From NCBI GenBank assembly GCA_009914755.4, contig CP086569.2, positions 20,256,001 through 20,320,000 on the forward strand: a stretch of DNA of 64,000 nucleotides. The letters run 5' to 3'. The notes below the pieces were generated by a model, which saw only the letters and a list, made by a program, of their open reading frames with translations, ran no database searches and was not told where the DNA came from. Source of the stretch: the human T2T-CHM13v2.0 reference genome, Homo sapiens. Position numbers and translations under genes: made by a program. Position 1 is the stretch's first letter. Every line of letters starts with the position of its first letter. Shown here piece by piece: positions 63,250 to 64,000 of this stretch.

Positions 63250-63907
63250 ATTATACTTTAAGTTTTAGGGTACATGTGCACATTGTGCAGGTTAGTTACA
63301 TATGTATACATGTGCCATGCTGGTGTGCTGCACCCACTAACTTGTCATCTAGCATTAGGTATATCTCCCAATGCTATCCCTCCCCCCTCCCCCCACCCCA
63401 CAACAGTCCCCAGAGTGTGGTGTTCCTCTTCCTGTGTCCATGTGCTCTCATTGTTCAATTCCCACCTATGAGTGAGAATTTGCAGTGTTTGGATTTTTGT
63501 TCTTGTGATAGTTTACTGAGAATGATGATTGCCAATTTCATCCATGTACCTACAAAGGACATGAACTCATGAATTTTTATGGCTGCATAGTATTCCATGG
63601 TATATATGTGCTACATTTTCTTAATCCAGTCTATCATTGTTGGGAATTTGTGTTTGTTCCAAGTCTTTGCTATCGTGAATAATGTCGCAGTAAACACACG
63701 TGTGCATGTGTCTTTATAGCAGCATGATTTATTGTCCTTTGGATATATACCCAGTAATAGGATGGCTGGGACAAATGGTATTTCCAGTTCTAGTTCCCTG
63801 AGGAATCGCCACACTGACTTCCACATGGTTGAACTAGTTTACAGTCCCACCAACAGTGTAAAAGTGTTCCTATTTCTCCACATCCTCTCCAGCACCTGTT
63901 GTTTCCT

Positions 63908-63911
<4 letters not shown>
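63250..63911 (-). mobile_element. L1PA2-4-like 3' end (antisense), running out to the LTR7 on the left and interrupted by an Alu on the right
   Basis: 'ctttaagttttagggtacatgtgcacattgtgcaggttagttacatatgtatacatgtgccatgctggtgtgctgcacccactaacttgtcatctagcattaggtatatctcccaatgctatccctcc...' is about 95% identical to the 3' end of the young L1 at 23821. It is preceded by a T/TTA-rich tract at 63185-63250. Confidence 0.85.
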
Positions 63912-63946
<35 letters not shown>

Positions 63947-64000
63947 AGACGGAGTCTCGCTCTGTCGCCCAGGTGGGACTGCGGACTGCAGTGGCGCAAT
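63912..64000 (-). mobile_element. Alu, antisense (cut by the window end), inserted into the L1 at the 'gactttttaat' site, with a 34-nt poly(T) head
   Basis: Poly(T) at 63912-63945, then 'gagacggagtctcgctctgtcgcccaggtgggactgcggactgcagtggcgcaat'. Confidence 0.8.

Overview
This window is not prokaryotic. It is primate, most likely human or hominoid, nuclear DNA that is AT-rich and heavily loaded with retrotransposons. I can assign about 85-90% of the 64 kb to interspersed repeats, and I see no convincing host exon. Almost every ORF in the supplied six-frame track is a decayed fragment of LINE-1 ORF1 or ORF2, or a low-complexity artefact of simple repeats.

L1 content, several nearly full length:
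- An old L1PA-class copy on the plus strand, about 5.4 kb (10560-16005).
- A young L1PA2-4 copy on the minus strand, about 6.0 kb (23821-29857), with an intact CpG-rich 5'UTR, a 63-nt inter-ORF spacer and ORF1/ORF2 remnants.
- An old L1PA/L1PB-class copy on the minus strand, about 6.1 kb (31380-37500).
- An L1MA/PB-class copy on the minus strand (41000-47390).
- Long ancient plus-strand L1s (49150-53220 and 53480-55900).
- Many smaller L1 pieces nested inside one another.

Other elements:
- A young AluY at 4234-4545 with a perfect 16-bp target-site duplication.
- At least seven other Alu copies, several with identifiable TSDs.
- Three LTR types: an LTR12-type (HERV9) solo LTR at 2208-2975, two MaLR THE1/MST-like LTRs (6302-6705 and 39133-39523), and a solo LTR7 (HERV-H) at 62541-63185.
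- Microsatellites: (TAGA)n, (TG)n, (CA)n and (AAAC)n.
- A ~1 kb palindromic AT-rich minisatellite at 39965-40990.

The only segment that does not look like a known repeat is 56011-58695. It is GC-richer and ends in AATAAA, then 13 nt, then about 48 A, and it is flanked by a degenerate direct repeat. That is the signature of a retroposed transcript (a processed retrocopy), and I call it only tentatively.

All calls come from reading the sequence against remembered family consensus features. Coordinates of old, degraded elements are approximate (about ±30 bp), and subfamily names are estimates.
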